This document shows positions 1-64,000 of a stretch of DNA of 64,000 nt, in pieces (the first letter of the stretch is position 1; each line of letters starts with the position of its first letter). Position numbers and translations under genes: made by a program. Source of the stretch: Octopus bimaculoides (Eukaryota); NCBI RefSeq assembly GCF_001194135.2, contig NC_068997.1, forward strand, positions 7,073,412 through 7,137,411, given 5' to 3'. The notes under the pieces are model-generated. The model saw only the letters and a program-made list of their open reading frames with translations, ran no database searches and was not told where the DNA came from.

Positions 1-1500
1 TCTTTCCAAATCTGTGGCCAGCTCCCAGTATCCTTTCCATCTTTCGTCTCTCTCGTTTATTTTATTTGAAGGCCTGGCCTTATGTCCTTTTCTCTCCATC
101 GAGATTTTTTGGCTTTGAATTTCATTCTCGCCCATAGTTCGTCCAACCGCTCTAACGTTCTATCTACTGCTTCTCTACTTTCTGATAATACAGTAACGTC
201 GTCCATAAAAGCCCTTAATGGTGTCTGTCTTTGTAACAGATTTCTCAGTTTGTCGATCTGAATAACATCTTCATCACTAGCACAAATAAGATGACCGATA
301 TCGTGCATCCGGCTGCAATACCTACTTCAAGCCGTTGCCACTCCGTTGTGAACTTCCCTGATGTAAATTTCATCCTCAAGTTGTCGTAGTAACACATGAG
401 TATTCGTTGAACATCTTCTGGAATCCAAAAGAAGTCAATTGCTGCTTTGATTAGCGCGTGTGGAACAGATCTTTATGCATTGGCAAGATCTAGCCATGCA
501 ATCTACAGGTTTTTCTACAGTTGTTTTGCACAGGTGATAGCTTCCCAGATGGCAAATGTATGTTCTATGCACCCAGGAATTCCTGCTTTTTGGATTGCTT
601 TATTAACATATCCGTTAGGCCGTACGAATCTTGATTCATCTAGCAATAATTCCAAACATGATTTTCCCATCAGTATTCAATAAAGAAATGGGTTTGAATT
701 ACACTCGTGTTTTTGCCTCTTTCTTTTTAAGTAAATAGATACCTTCAGCTATACACCATCGCTCTGCTACGTCTTTTTCCTTCCACATTTCTCTTATCAG
801 TGTAAACAGCTGCAAACGTAATTTCGGGCAATACTTATTATACACCTTGTAGCTCACTCCGTCGTTCCCTGGTGAACTTTTGGCTTTTGCTTTTCTTATG
901 AACTCATCCATTTCTTTTCGTTTGATGTCACTCGAATCGAATGGTACTCTTGGTTCAGGTGGTTTATTCAGCCCGAACGTTTCTGGGAGTACTTTATTTC
1001 TGTCAGAGTCGCTGTATGTCCCTTTAAGATGGCGTTCGAGCTCCTCTTTCGTGCAATCCAATTCTCCGCTTTTACTTTCGGTAAATAAACGTTTCGCATA
1101 TTGGTAAGGTTTGTTTACAAAGCTACGATAGTTCTTTTCTCTCTCCTTTCTTTCTTTTCTTAGTAGTTCTCGTTGCCTCTTTTATTTATCACTCCGTATA
1201 ACTACTTTAACCCTTTTCTTTCCTCCTCCTTTGGCGACGGGGATGAACGACGACGAGAAGAAAATCGACTTTACGAGCGATGCCATTCGAAGTGTTAAAG
1301 AATTATTCCAAAGAAAGTTGAGAACGAAGAGGTCTTGGCAATAAAAAGTGAAATTTTCCTTTGAAGTGGTAATACGCCATATTGAAAATGAAAAAAGCTG
1401 GACACTACGTGGTCTGAAGACAAAACAGATATGTAATGTTCCGGGTGTCGAATTCACAAATCCTCCAGGTATAATTTTTTTTTCCGTGTGAGTTTGTGGA
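1..1500 (-). mobile_element. Decayed HERO-like (RLE-type) non-LTR retrotransposon, RT region; runs off the left edge
   Basis: Across frameshifts: FVNKPYQYAKRLF; SSPGNDGVSYKVY; FKPISLLNTDGKI; QKAGIPGCIEH; AWLDLANAY; WQRLEVGIAAGCTIS; PLRAFMDD (198-209); WARMKFKAKKSR. The FMDD active site and these motifs are typical of HERO-clade RTs. The 5' boundary is approximate and may extend to ~2400. Confidence 0.8.
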
Positions 1501-4500
1501 GTCACCAATTTTAGATGGGCTGTGGCCTAGCGTGGAAGAACCATCTAAATAACGGATCCGTTCAGAAAGCGGGAAAAGAAGATATCACTTCGCGAAGAAA
1601 GAACACTGTGTATTGAACATCTCAGAACCAAGATGTAGTTTTTATGGCTTTTACTTGAGGTCTCAGATATGTAGAAGTAGAAAAAGTTATACAAAATATT
1701 TACAAGTGAAGACCATGTTCATCTTCAGTGGAATCCAAGTCACAGTGGCTTAATGTCTACTTGTCGTTGCTTGTCTCATGGTTGTGTATCTCTCCAAAGA
1801 GAGATCAAGAGCTGACGAAGTCACGTCTTGCTCGCTGTGAGAGAGAGAGAAAGTCCAGAATTCCAAAGTTACACGCTACTCCGGCTAGCGGTGAGCTATT
1901 GGGACAGCTACTATCAGCTACAAATCTCTTCATAGATAGGGGTTCGAATCCCACTTCAACCAATGTTGCTTTTTGTGTTTTTTTTATAATTCTCATTGAT
2001 ATGATTGTTCCTCAGGCGGTTTTAATCAAATTTATGTTATTTTTCAAACTAACGGTTTTTATGAAATAACATGAGATTTTCTACTTCTATAGGGTGTAGT
2101 AACTACTCTTTGCTGATGTGGTTTTCTTATAAACCTCTTACATGTTCGTTTGTGCTCAACGGTTCATAACTTCAGGATTGGAAGTTCAGCTGGCCTAATC
2201 TTTTAAGCTTAGTTAATAACTTGTAATAGGATACTTGTGTATTCCACAGATTTCTTATGTACAGTTAGATTGTTCTCGTCGAGTCTTCAGTGAACGCGTA
2301 ATTCCTCTTGACGCTTGCCAAGTTCGTTATTGTACTGTAATCACCAATGTGGGTTCGTAGGAATCCAAGACTTCGCGAAATTTTGAAGGGTTAGTCAGTA
2401 AAGTTTGACAGAGTAGTCCGATGAAAATTATTAATATTAGATATTACTTTTTGTTTTATTTTATTTATTTAACCTACGACAAATCATTTCTGCTCTTAAG
2501 ATGTTGTTATGTAAAAAGACCCCCCCCCCCAAAAAAAAAACCTGTTGGATAAAACAGTGAGACTTGGTTATGTTTAAAATGTTATTTACTCGCAAAAAAG
2601 TTTTGAAAATAAGATTAAGAAAAAGCGCTCGACCACAATACGAGTTATACTGCCGTGCTCCAACTTTATTTTTACATTGATAAGATATGCGAATGAATTA
2701 AATACTTTGTCAGATCTAAAAACTACATAAGGGTGTCGTTAATGGTTTTTGACTTATCTGTTTTCTGTGTGAAGTTTGACGTGTATCATTGTTATTAACC
2801 GACGCTTAACTGAAGCCAGTTGCTGGCTTCTTTGTTGGTTGTTCAGTTCAGAATGAGACGATTTGACGCCGATCTTTGGACGCTGGTGATTTGGCACAAC
2901 CGAACGAACATAGAACCCGTTTTGGGCACAGAAGGCAAACACACAGAAATATATATATAGAGAGAGAGCAGGGAGGTGTTAGAATTTATTAATTGAACAC
3001 ATTGACATAAACACTCTCAAGATAAAGAAACAGAAAGAAAAGGAAAGGAGACGGAAAATGAAAAGGAACATTAAAACGTCTGATATGAAATAAGCCAGCA
3101 TCGAATGAGCAACACCATATTGACAGCGTCAAAAAGGCTAAGCCAGAACGTTTCATATCTGCTCAGATGACCAACAAATAGCAACTGGTTATTCTCCCAC
3201 AAATTTATCATGTTCAAGTTACTGTCATTGTTTTCTCTCCCATAATATGTGTTATTGCAAATGAAGTCTGGCAAATTCCTTCTATTATGGTCCCCATGTT
3301 ATTTTGTCAGTGGTCAACAAAGCAGCTAATTCATGCTTTTTATTGTACTAAAATTGTTTGACATCCACTAAAGTATGGACGCCTATTCACTGTGAATAAA
3401 CTACTGGTGATATTTCTTAACAATTGTTGAAGCAAATCAGAAAATCGTTGATAATATGCCCATTGCAGACGATTGTATTAAATAAATATTTAATTACTAA
3501 AGCTGGCCAGACTGCACAAGATATTAATTTACCAATTATATTAGCAGTTAACAATTCATAACTTTATTGTTAGTTAGTAATTGAAGAATTGTTAACAAAA
3601 TGTGGTAGATAACATACTGATATCATGAATTTGTTATGTCCAATTTTAAAAAAAACTTATTTACTCTTAAGAAATCCATATAATTGTTTGTGAAGTCTGA
3701 CAAATTCTTTAAAATTTGTAACACTATTTCGATAATGGTTGGTAAAACAAAGCAGCAATTTCAAGCACTTATTGTACAGCAGTTGCTTACCATCCTCTAA
3801 ATTATGGATACCGCATCAATGTGTATAAATTGCTAACACCCCATAATTTGTATTAAATAAATATTTAATTAATAAGGTTGGCTATACTAAAGAAGTTAGT
3901 TTGTGTTGCGCACATATCGTGTTTGTTAATGTGTGATGTAGTTGCTTGTCTCACCGGTGGCTGATTATTGGCAATGAAATAATAAGTAGATGATGTAATT
4001 AATAATAAATAAGTTTGAATGTCCTTATTGATTTATATCAATGGAAAGATGGTTAAAATATAAACAGTTAGAGAATATAATATTCATATTTCATAACAGT
4101 ATTTATTCTGGTCTCTTGCATTTTCAGTTCAAATTTGTCTTTCATCTTTTCTTGCATTCGAAACGTGAGGCAGGATAATTTACCGTATTTCTTCTAGTCC
4201 TATGCATTGTGAGATCAAATCACATTGTGGTCCATTTTAACAGTATACATGATCCTTGCATATTCTTTATCTGAGAAGTCCTCTCTGTTGCGAGCATTGG
4301 GGGTAATTCTCTAGTTTGAGATATTTTTCCTTCTCACTCATCTCTGTCACGGGTACTGCCTTTTTTCCTAATTAATCGATAAAAGAGTCGTCAGTCCAAC
4401 ACCCACCACAAACAGTGAATGGATATTCACTCTTTCAATATCACTTCAATTTGACCCTTCGAGTAGGGTCTTGGAAAAGCTGACCCCATCCTATTCATTG

Positions 4501-6275
4501 CACAGCATAGTAAATCATATCTTATTTAAAATTGCACATTTAATAAAACAATTTAAAGTCTTGTAATGTTTCCCAATGAACTAGTTTATTTGTTTTGTTG
4601 GTATAAAGTTATTCAGTATAACTCCCTTTTCATTTTGTATTCTGTAAGCAGCAACAGCCACATTAAAGCAATTTAATCTGCACACCCGATGTTGCATACA
4701 TTTCTATATTAGGCTCCATTGAAGAAAGAAGTTTGCTTTTGTTTATTGCGAGTATATTGGAAACTGATAATTATTTTTTGAAGTTTTAATATTTTAATTA
4801 ATGTTACAATTTCTAATCAAAAATACAAGAAATAAAATAGCAATAATACGAATTTTAATTAAGAAAGAGAATGGTTTCTTTTTTGTGTGCTGAACCCATT
4901 TGCCAATTCTTTCAACCAAAGTTTTACAGTAGAATCTGAAAAAACAACAAAAAACATCTATTTTCTGATTTCATTCTCAAGTCTGGACGACAACGTTCAT
5001 TAAAAGAATTGCACATTTCTTTTGCATTTGCTAAAAACTCAGAGTAGCTTAGCAATGCTTTTATGGGAGGCAACAGTGTAGGGGAAAGGTGGGGTGAAAA
5101 ACTCAAGGGCTACTTTGGGCAGAACACGCTCAAGATATACCACCGCCATAAACTTGAACAAACTTTCACAGTTCTTCTATGCTTTTGATATCAGGTACAG
5201 GAAAATATTGAGAAGAATGCTTCATGTTTATACATAAATCACATCAGCAAAGAGCACTTGCATATTGTTATTACTTATACTTCATGGCCTCAGTTCATGT
5301 GGCATAGTGGAATAATAGGAGAGTGATAGAAATAAAACAGGCATAGTTGTTTCACTTGTGTACCTTTTCGTTTTTACACTCCTTTTATAAGGAATATAGC
5401 TTTTCCCATGCTCTTCTCTCTTCATTCTATTCAGCCTGTTGCTTGTAATAGATGTATTCTTTATTATTTGCTATCACTCCTCTCTAATAAATGTGTTTTC
5501 GTGATTAGAAGCTTTCTGTATAAATTTGTCTTTAAAAAATAATAATTGTTCTTGCAGTATAATGATATAATCTGACAGTAATTTGTTTTCAAATCTAATA
5601 ATACACATTAAGAGAGAGAAAGTAAGTCCGGTTGAAGCATTCTAAAGTTTGCACGACTGTTTTGAGTTCTATGCCAGACTTGTAGGTTCAGCAGAGAAGC
5701 ACAGCACACATTGTTACAAGAACCACCATATCCAAAACATGTGTTGCTCTACAATTTCTGTAGGCATTTAACTTGTTCAGTGTCTTTAAATCCTGTAAGT
5801 TGGTCTCAATGATTGAATGCCTTTCAACAAGAGAGAAATAACCTTAAGAAGAATCATTTGAAACTGTGAACCAAAATTTACAAGGAAGTTAGAAGTGTCT
5901 TAATAGACTTAGCATTTGAATTCTTTCACTATTCTACTTTCTGTTTCATTCTGTCCTTGGAAGCATGAGTTTATAAAGTTTCAACAGAGAGCATCTGCTT
6001 TATAAAACAGTGTCTAATGGTCCCTCACCTATATATATATCACAGGACACACAGTGAGAGGCTCACTCAACTATAAACACATTCTTTATGTCATTGTTCT
6101 TTATTCCATTCCTTATTGTTTCGAAATACATTTATTTCAGAAAACCAACTTTATGTTTACTTTTTGATTTTAGCACTGAATCAAGAAGGGCAGCAGTGCA
6201 GGGGCCAAGACAAATAACAAGAGGAAATCTGTTTTTCATGCTAATGTCTATTTTGTCTTCTGAGTAAATTTCATG

Positions 6276-6560
6276 TCATCATCATCATCGTTTAACGTCC
6301 ACTTTCCATGCTAGCATGGGTTGGACGATTTGACTGAGGACTGGTGAAGCCGGATGGCAACACCAGGCTCCAATCTGATTTGGCAGAGTTTCTACAGCTG
6401 GATGCCCTTCCTAACGCCAACCACTCAGAGAGTGTAGTGGGTGCTTTTACATGTCACCCGCACGAAGGCCAGTCAGGCGGTACTGGCAACGACCACGCTC
6501 AAAATGGTGTATTTTATGTGCCACCTGCACAAGAGCCAGTCCAGGGGCACTGTTTGGATA
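6276..6560 (-). mobile_element. RTE-tail-related short repeat ending in (GAT)n (other copies at 26205-26400, 28290-28400, 38975-39240, 39985-40092, 41965-42120, 49590-49830)
   Basis: GGAAGGGCATCCAGCTGTAGAAAC...CCAACCCATGCTAGCATGGAAAGTGGACGTTAAACGATGATGATG; the same tail closes the RTE at 58130-58215. Confidence 0.75.
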
Positions 6561-7249
6561 TATTTGTATTCCACAAAAGAATCTCATGTTTTAAGGTTTG
6601 ACCCTTTTAAATGAGAGAGAGAGAGAGGGAGAAAAGTATTTTTCTCCCTATTAGTCCTGAAACATCAGTATCTTCTCGCCACAGCATACAAATTTGTTCG
6701 AACTGAAAAACTTACCTGCATAATGTTTATCAAATTAGACAACCACCACTTTCTTCACACACATTATATTTTAACTGACCCCTGTTTCAATGAGCTGCTG
6801 TTGATATTACTCTAAATAGATGACAAACACAAGAATATTTCAACTGACCACAAGAAAAAACATATAAAACGTACGGTAATGTTTTGAAAAATATCTCTGT
6901 CTTTTATTTCCTTTCAATTTTCATTTAATTCAATTTTGCTAATTTTTTTTTTACTTTAAAAAAAATTTTCGTTTTTCTTTTTTTTTTTTCTTTTTTGCTA
7001 TTTCAGGTGACAGGAAAAATGTACAAAGATTTTATATTTATCTTTTTATATTTTCAAAATTGTTTTCAATCCATTTTCCCCCATGCTAGCATGGGGAGGT
7101 TGATTTTTTATTTATTTATTTATTTTTTTTTAATATTTTGCATATCAATATTTGTTGGAACAAATAGTTTTCTTTTTCTGTTAAAGCTCAATTCTGCTCT
7201 TCCAACTGCTAATTATGGAATCAGCACTGGAACCAGGTGAAGGGTGAGG

Positions 7250-8175
7250 NNNNNNNNNNNNNNNNNNNNNNNNNNNNNNNNNNNNNNNNNNNNNNNNNNN
7301 NNNNNNNNNNNNNNNNNNNNNNNNNNNNNNNNNNNNNNNNNNNNNNNNNNNNNNNNNNNNNNNNNNNNNNNNNNNNNNNNNNNNNNNNNNNNNNNNNNNN
7401 NNNNNNNNNNNNNNNNNNNNNNNNNNNNNNNNNNNNNNNNNNNNNNNNNNNNNNNNNNNNNNNNNNNNNNNNNNNNNNNNNNNNNNNNNNNNNNNNNNNN
7501 NNNNNNNNNNNNNNNNNNNNNNNNNNNNNNNNNNNNNNNNNNNNNNNNNNNNNNNNNNNNNNNNNNNNNNNNNNNNNNNNNNNNNNNNNNNNNNNNNNNN
7601 NNNNNNNNNNNNNNNNNNNNNNNNNNNNNNNNNNNNNNNNNNNNNNNNNNNNNNNNNNNNNNNNNNNNNNNNNNNNNNNNNNNNNNNNNNNNNNNNNNNN
7701 NNNNNNNNNNNNNNNNNNNNNNNNNNNNNNNNNNNNNNNNNNNNNNNNNNNNNNNNNNNNNNNNNNNNNNNNNNNNNNNNNNNNNNNNNNNNNNNNNNNN
7801 NNNNNNNNNNNNNNNNNNNNNNNNNNNNNNNNNNNNNNNNNNNNNNNNNNNNNNNNNNNNNNNNNNNNNNNNNNNNNNNNNNNNNNNNNNNNNNNNNNNN
7901 NNNNNNNNNNNNNNNNNNNNNNNNNNNNNNNNNNNNNNNNNNNNNNNNNNNNNNNNNNNNNNNNNNNNNNNNNNNNNNNNNNNNNNNNNNNNNNNNNNNN
8001 NNNNNNNNNNNNNNNNNNNNNNNNNNNNNNNNNNNNNNNNNNNNNNNNNNNNNNNNNNNNNNNNNNNNNNNNNNNNNNNNNNNNNNNNNNNNNNNNNNNN
8101 NNNNNNNNNNNNNNNNNNNNNNNNNNNNNNNNNNNNNNNNNNNNNNNNNNNNNNNNNNNNNNNNNNNNNNNNNNN
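7250..8175. other. Assembly gap (N run); other gaps at ~30903-31179, 35785-36011, 37607-37874, 39305-39458, 52240-52288, 56340-56380
   Basis: N characters; the X-filled ORFs over these gaps are artefacts. Confidence 0.99.
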
Positions 8176-8301
8176 TAGATTCTGTTCGTTGTTTCTTTGG
8201 TTTTATAACTTTCAGTGAATTTCGTAATAATGATGCTGATGGTTGTTGACTGCGACATGAAGCCACAAATTGTGGAGAGAAGAGTTCAATCACCGGCTTA
8301 A

Positions 8302-8521
8302 CTCTTTAAGCATTTAGACCAGTCATGTCCAGCCCAAATATTCTTCTGTTCAATGTTCAAACTAGCCAGATCTGGCCTCTCGCACCTGCCCTACAATGTC
8401 ATTCTGAAAATAAGCAGTTACATTATCAAAATCCCAAAGCTATAAGATAATCCAGGATTAATTCAAAACAATGGAATTAAATCAGGATTACATTTGACAA
8501 AGTAATCTGAATTCTAATGGG
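8302..8521. mobile_element. piggyBac-type MITE (family P1, opposite orientation)
   Basis: TTAA at both ends; body is the reverse complement of the 29159/54692 copies. Confidence 0.68.
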
Positions 8522-9282
8522 TTAATTAATCTGCAGAGGGATCAAAGGCAAAGGGAAATAACTCTGTGAAGCATCTTGGTGCTCTTCGGTTTCTGCTTGT
8601 CTCTCGAATCGTGATAAAAGTAATAACTCTAATATAGGCACAATGTCTGGAAATTTAGAGGAAGGGGTCAGTCGATTACATCGACCCCCAACCCCAGGAC
8701 GCAACTGGTACTTATTTTATTGACCTCAGAAGGATGAAGACCAAAGTTGACATTAGCAGAGTTTGAACTCAGAACACAACAGCCAGAACAAATGCCACAA
8801 GGCATTCTTTTTTGATGCTCTAACGAGTCAGCCAATTCACCAGCCTTAATAATAATCATTGGTTCAAGGTTTGCCGTTTTGAAGAGAGAGAGAACAATTA
8901 ATTACAACAGTACTTGACTGTTAATTTGTCATCAGCCCCAAAAGGATGGGAGGCTTTGGTACAATTTGAACTTGGAATATAGAAGATCATGATGATATTT
9001 CATTTAAGTATAATTTTAGTGGGAAGAGGTTTTAATAAACGGAATTAACCCCCGTTTAGTTATATTGACGACTTCTGAGGAAACGGAGTCTAATTTAACC
9101 TTAGAGCAGGATTGACACTTATACCAGAACAGGGTCCTAGAATTAAAAAGCAAGTGGGAATATGAGACATTTAGGAATATTTATGGGGTCACAAGGAAGG
9201 AATTTCAAAAACGTGGCACGTTTGGTTTACTCAAGTATTAAAAGCACCCTCTGTCTATGATGATGATGATGATGATAATAAC

Positions 9283-9505
9283 AATAATCCTTTCTACTAA
9301 AGGCACAAGCCCTGAAATTTTGAGGGAGACAACTAATTGATTACTTTGACCCTAGTGTTTCACTGGTACTTAATTTATTGGCCCTGAAAGGATGAAAGGC
9401 AAAGTTGACCTTGGTGGAATTTGAACACAGAACGTAGCAACAGGCAAAATACCGCTAAGCATTTCACCGTCGTGCTAATGATTCTGCCAGCTCACCACCT
9501 TAATA
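9283..9505 (-). mobile_element. tRNA-headed SINE, family D (other copies at 8627-8850, 14195-14390, 40190-40380, 41485-41690, 59030-59215, 60870-61101)
   Basis: GAGCTGGCAGAATCATTAGCAC...TTCTGTGTTCAAATTCC...CTTTGCCTTTCATCC; (ATT)n tail. Confidence 0.75.
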
Positions 9506-11486
9506 ATAATAATAATAATAATAATTTAATAACAACAACAACAAAATGAGAAACCATAGCAATATCATAGATATTTAGCAAAGACAAAATATTTGCCTGA
9601 TCCATTCGTATAGGAATGAAGGGATACTTCTTGTCTTGAGAACATTCAACTTTGAAATGCCAAATAGCCATATAAACAAAGCAGAAGGGGGCTTATTCCT
9701 TAATACTAAAACAAAAATTTAATTTGAATTACAAACCTAAGAAAATGTAAAATTAGGGATCCATTATTTTCCTCAGCTTAGATGTTCCTTCACAGATTCT
9801 TAGTCACTGCAATTTTCCCCTGATACTTAAAAAGTTTCTCACCTATGCACGAGTAGCTGACCAAATCATTTTAGTCTTAGAATTATCAGTATTCCAAACT
9901 GATTACCATGGAAACAAGTGAGGGCTATGGTGCTCTCGCTGTAGACTTATTTCAGAATCTAAACCAGAAGTTCATTTGTATAAATATCCTTTTGCCAGAG
10001 AGTGACTATTTAATATCCATTGTGGAAATCTATTTCTTGATTGTAATTTCAGTGATGTGCAGTAAAATAATGAGGATTCCTTAATTTTGGCACAAAGCCA
10101 CAATTCTGGCAGGGTGAAGGTGGATAGGGTAGAGATGATTAAATTAATGTCAGTATTTGATTGGCACTTTTATTTTTATCAGACCCGAAGGCAAAACCCT
10201 GGCCTACAGGGATTTGAACTCAGAATGAAAAGCTCGAGGGAAGAGGGCAGAGTCAATTAAATTGTTTTTCATTGGCATTTTCTTTATCCCACACAAAAGA
10301 GTTGGTTAAAGGAGGAAAAAAAAAAAACCTGTCCCCACTAACATTTCAACTCAGGTTATGATAAAGTGATGTAATTAAATAGCATCGTTCTATCAACTCT
10401 ATCACTCTTTCTAGCCATCAAAACAACAAGTGTTTCTTATTGAGACAAGAAAGCTGAGATATCTCTTTGTGTGAAGGGTTATGAGAGATAGGAATTTCAT
10501 ACCTTCTCCAAAGACATTACTGGTATTAATGAAGTGAAAATGCTACAACTGGGAGTCAAAAACTTGGTCATGAGCTTGGTTTGCTAAAAGATTACATCTA
10601 CTCTGTGGTACTCACTTTTAATAATAATAATAATAATAATAATAAAACCATATTAATAAAACTACAGTAAAAAAAAAAAAACAATAAATCAGTATTATCA
10701 GAAATTTAAGAAAAGAAAAAAACCAAACAAGTGAGAATCAACCAATCAATAAAACGAAAAAAAAAAAATTAAAAATTAAAATTAAAAAAATTAAGAAATT
10801 AAAAAAATTGAAAATTAAAAGTTAAAATGCTGCCAGGAAAAATGGAATTGTTAGGAAATCACAGAGATTTCCAAAAATGAAGGAAAAAAATTCTGTCATT
10901 GTTCATGGAATGCAACCAACACTGTTTAATAATTATAATAATAATAATAATAATTTGGCTTTTCTTTTTTTTTCCACAAGGCATAAATAAAGTGAATATT
11001 TGCAGAGGGGATGAAGTCTGTCTCAAGCCTGAATGGCCATTTGGTCAGAGCTTTTTCTAGTTTCAATGGCATTTAAATGACTGAGCGTTCAAGACTCTCC
11101 AGGTGCAGGACTTCAGTCTGTCATAAGCTTAACGCTCACAAGTTTTTGCTGGTCCTCAATTTCTGTTGAGTGGACTGGAAGCAATGTAAAATGAAGTTCT
11201 TGCTCAAGGACACAACACACCACCCAGCCAAGGGATTGAAGCCATGACCTAATAATTGTGAGCTCGACACCCAAGCCATTCAGCCACAAGGGATGAAGAA
11301 CGTAAAGTCAAATTGACATTGTTTATTGCATCTCCAGGGACTTCTTTCATTCACTTCAATGGTAGAAAATAGCAAAGCTGACTCGGATTTCAGAAGAAAG
11401 AAAATGAGAGAGAGAGAGAGAGAAACAAGACCAAGTGCTGTAAGGTTTTGTCCAATGTTCTACTATTCCAACCAATTTGTGCAACA

Positions 11487-11518
<32 letters not shown>

Positions 11519-11825
11519 CATGATGATGATGATGAGGATGATGATGACTATGATGATAATGATAATTTTTTTTTTAATTTAGGGGATAAAGAAACCTCCA
11601 AATGTCTGGTTAGTGTGTTAAGGAAAACAAAGAAGTCCAAGCAAGCCCTTAGACAAAACAATAATAATAATAATGATAATGGTATTTTTGTCTTGGCTTC
11701 TTTTCCTTTCCTTTTTACTGTTATCTTTTGTATTTCTTGTTGTTTCTGGATTGTTTTTTTTTTCTGGTGGGGTTAGAAACAAACCCTTTCTTAATGTCCA
11801 CTTTCCCCCATTAAATATGCTTCTG

Positions 11826-64000
<52,175 letters not shown>

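Noticed and set aside
1805-1860. CTGACGA-A-GTCAC...GTGAG...GAAAG on the plus strand, and CTGAAGA-CTCG-A-CGAG-AAC near 2290 on the minus strand
   Set aside because: The GAAA core and helices I/III are not properly formed; likely chance.
4924-5200. Short protein-like ORF (…KEMCNSFNERCRPDLRMK…)
   Set aside because: No recognisable family, splice context or partner exons.
7181-8293. Long ORFs of 313-370 aa in the track, and similar ones at 30.8, 35.7, 37.5 and 39.2 kb
   Set aside because: They consist of X residues spanning N-gaps.

Overview
AT-rich animal genomic scaffold with N-gaps and many microsatellites. The SINE/RTE repeat content resembles an octopus (cephalopod) genome; this is inference, not proven. 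Most of the window is the 3' part of one minus-strand gene, a CHD7/kismet-like (CHD6-9 subfamily) chromatin remodeller. I traced 28 GT-AG exons by hand with continuous phase from 64000 to the stop at 11826, about 1,966 aa: helicase C-lobe, SANT/SLIDE-like region, acidic insert, two BRK domains and a microsatellite-rich tail. Introns and the 3' flank hold HERO-like, R4/Dong-like, RTE, CR1/Jockey-like, mariner and piggyBac-type relics and several tRNA-headed SINE families. The main finding is three unrelated families of short (~300-370 bp) elements, each carrying a type I hammerhead ribozyme fold with a palindromic helix III. Three of the four loci also carry an inverted copy of their own 3' tail, so they look like MITEs. 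One hammerhead (24724-24811) fully matches the catalytic consensus and lies sense to the CHD pre-mRNA. A decayed Penelope-type GIY-YIG endonuclease lies 2 kb away. Together these point to a non-autonomous, ribozyme-bearing Penelope-like retroelement system, including a tRNA-headed ribozyme-SINE chimera.
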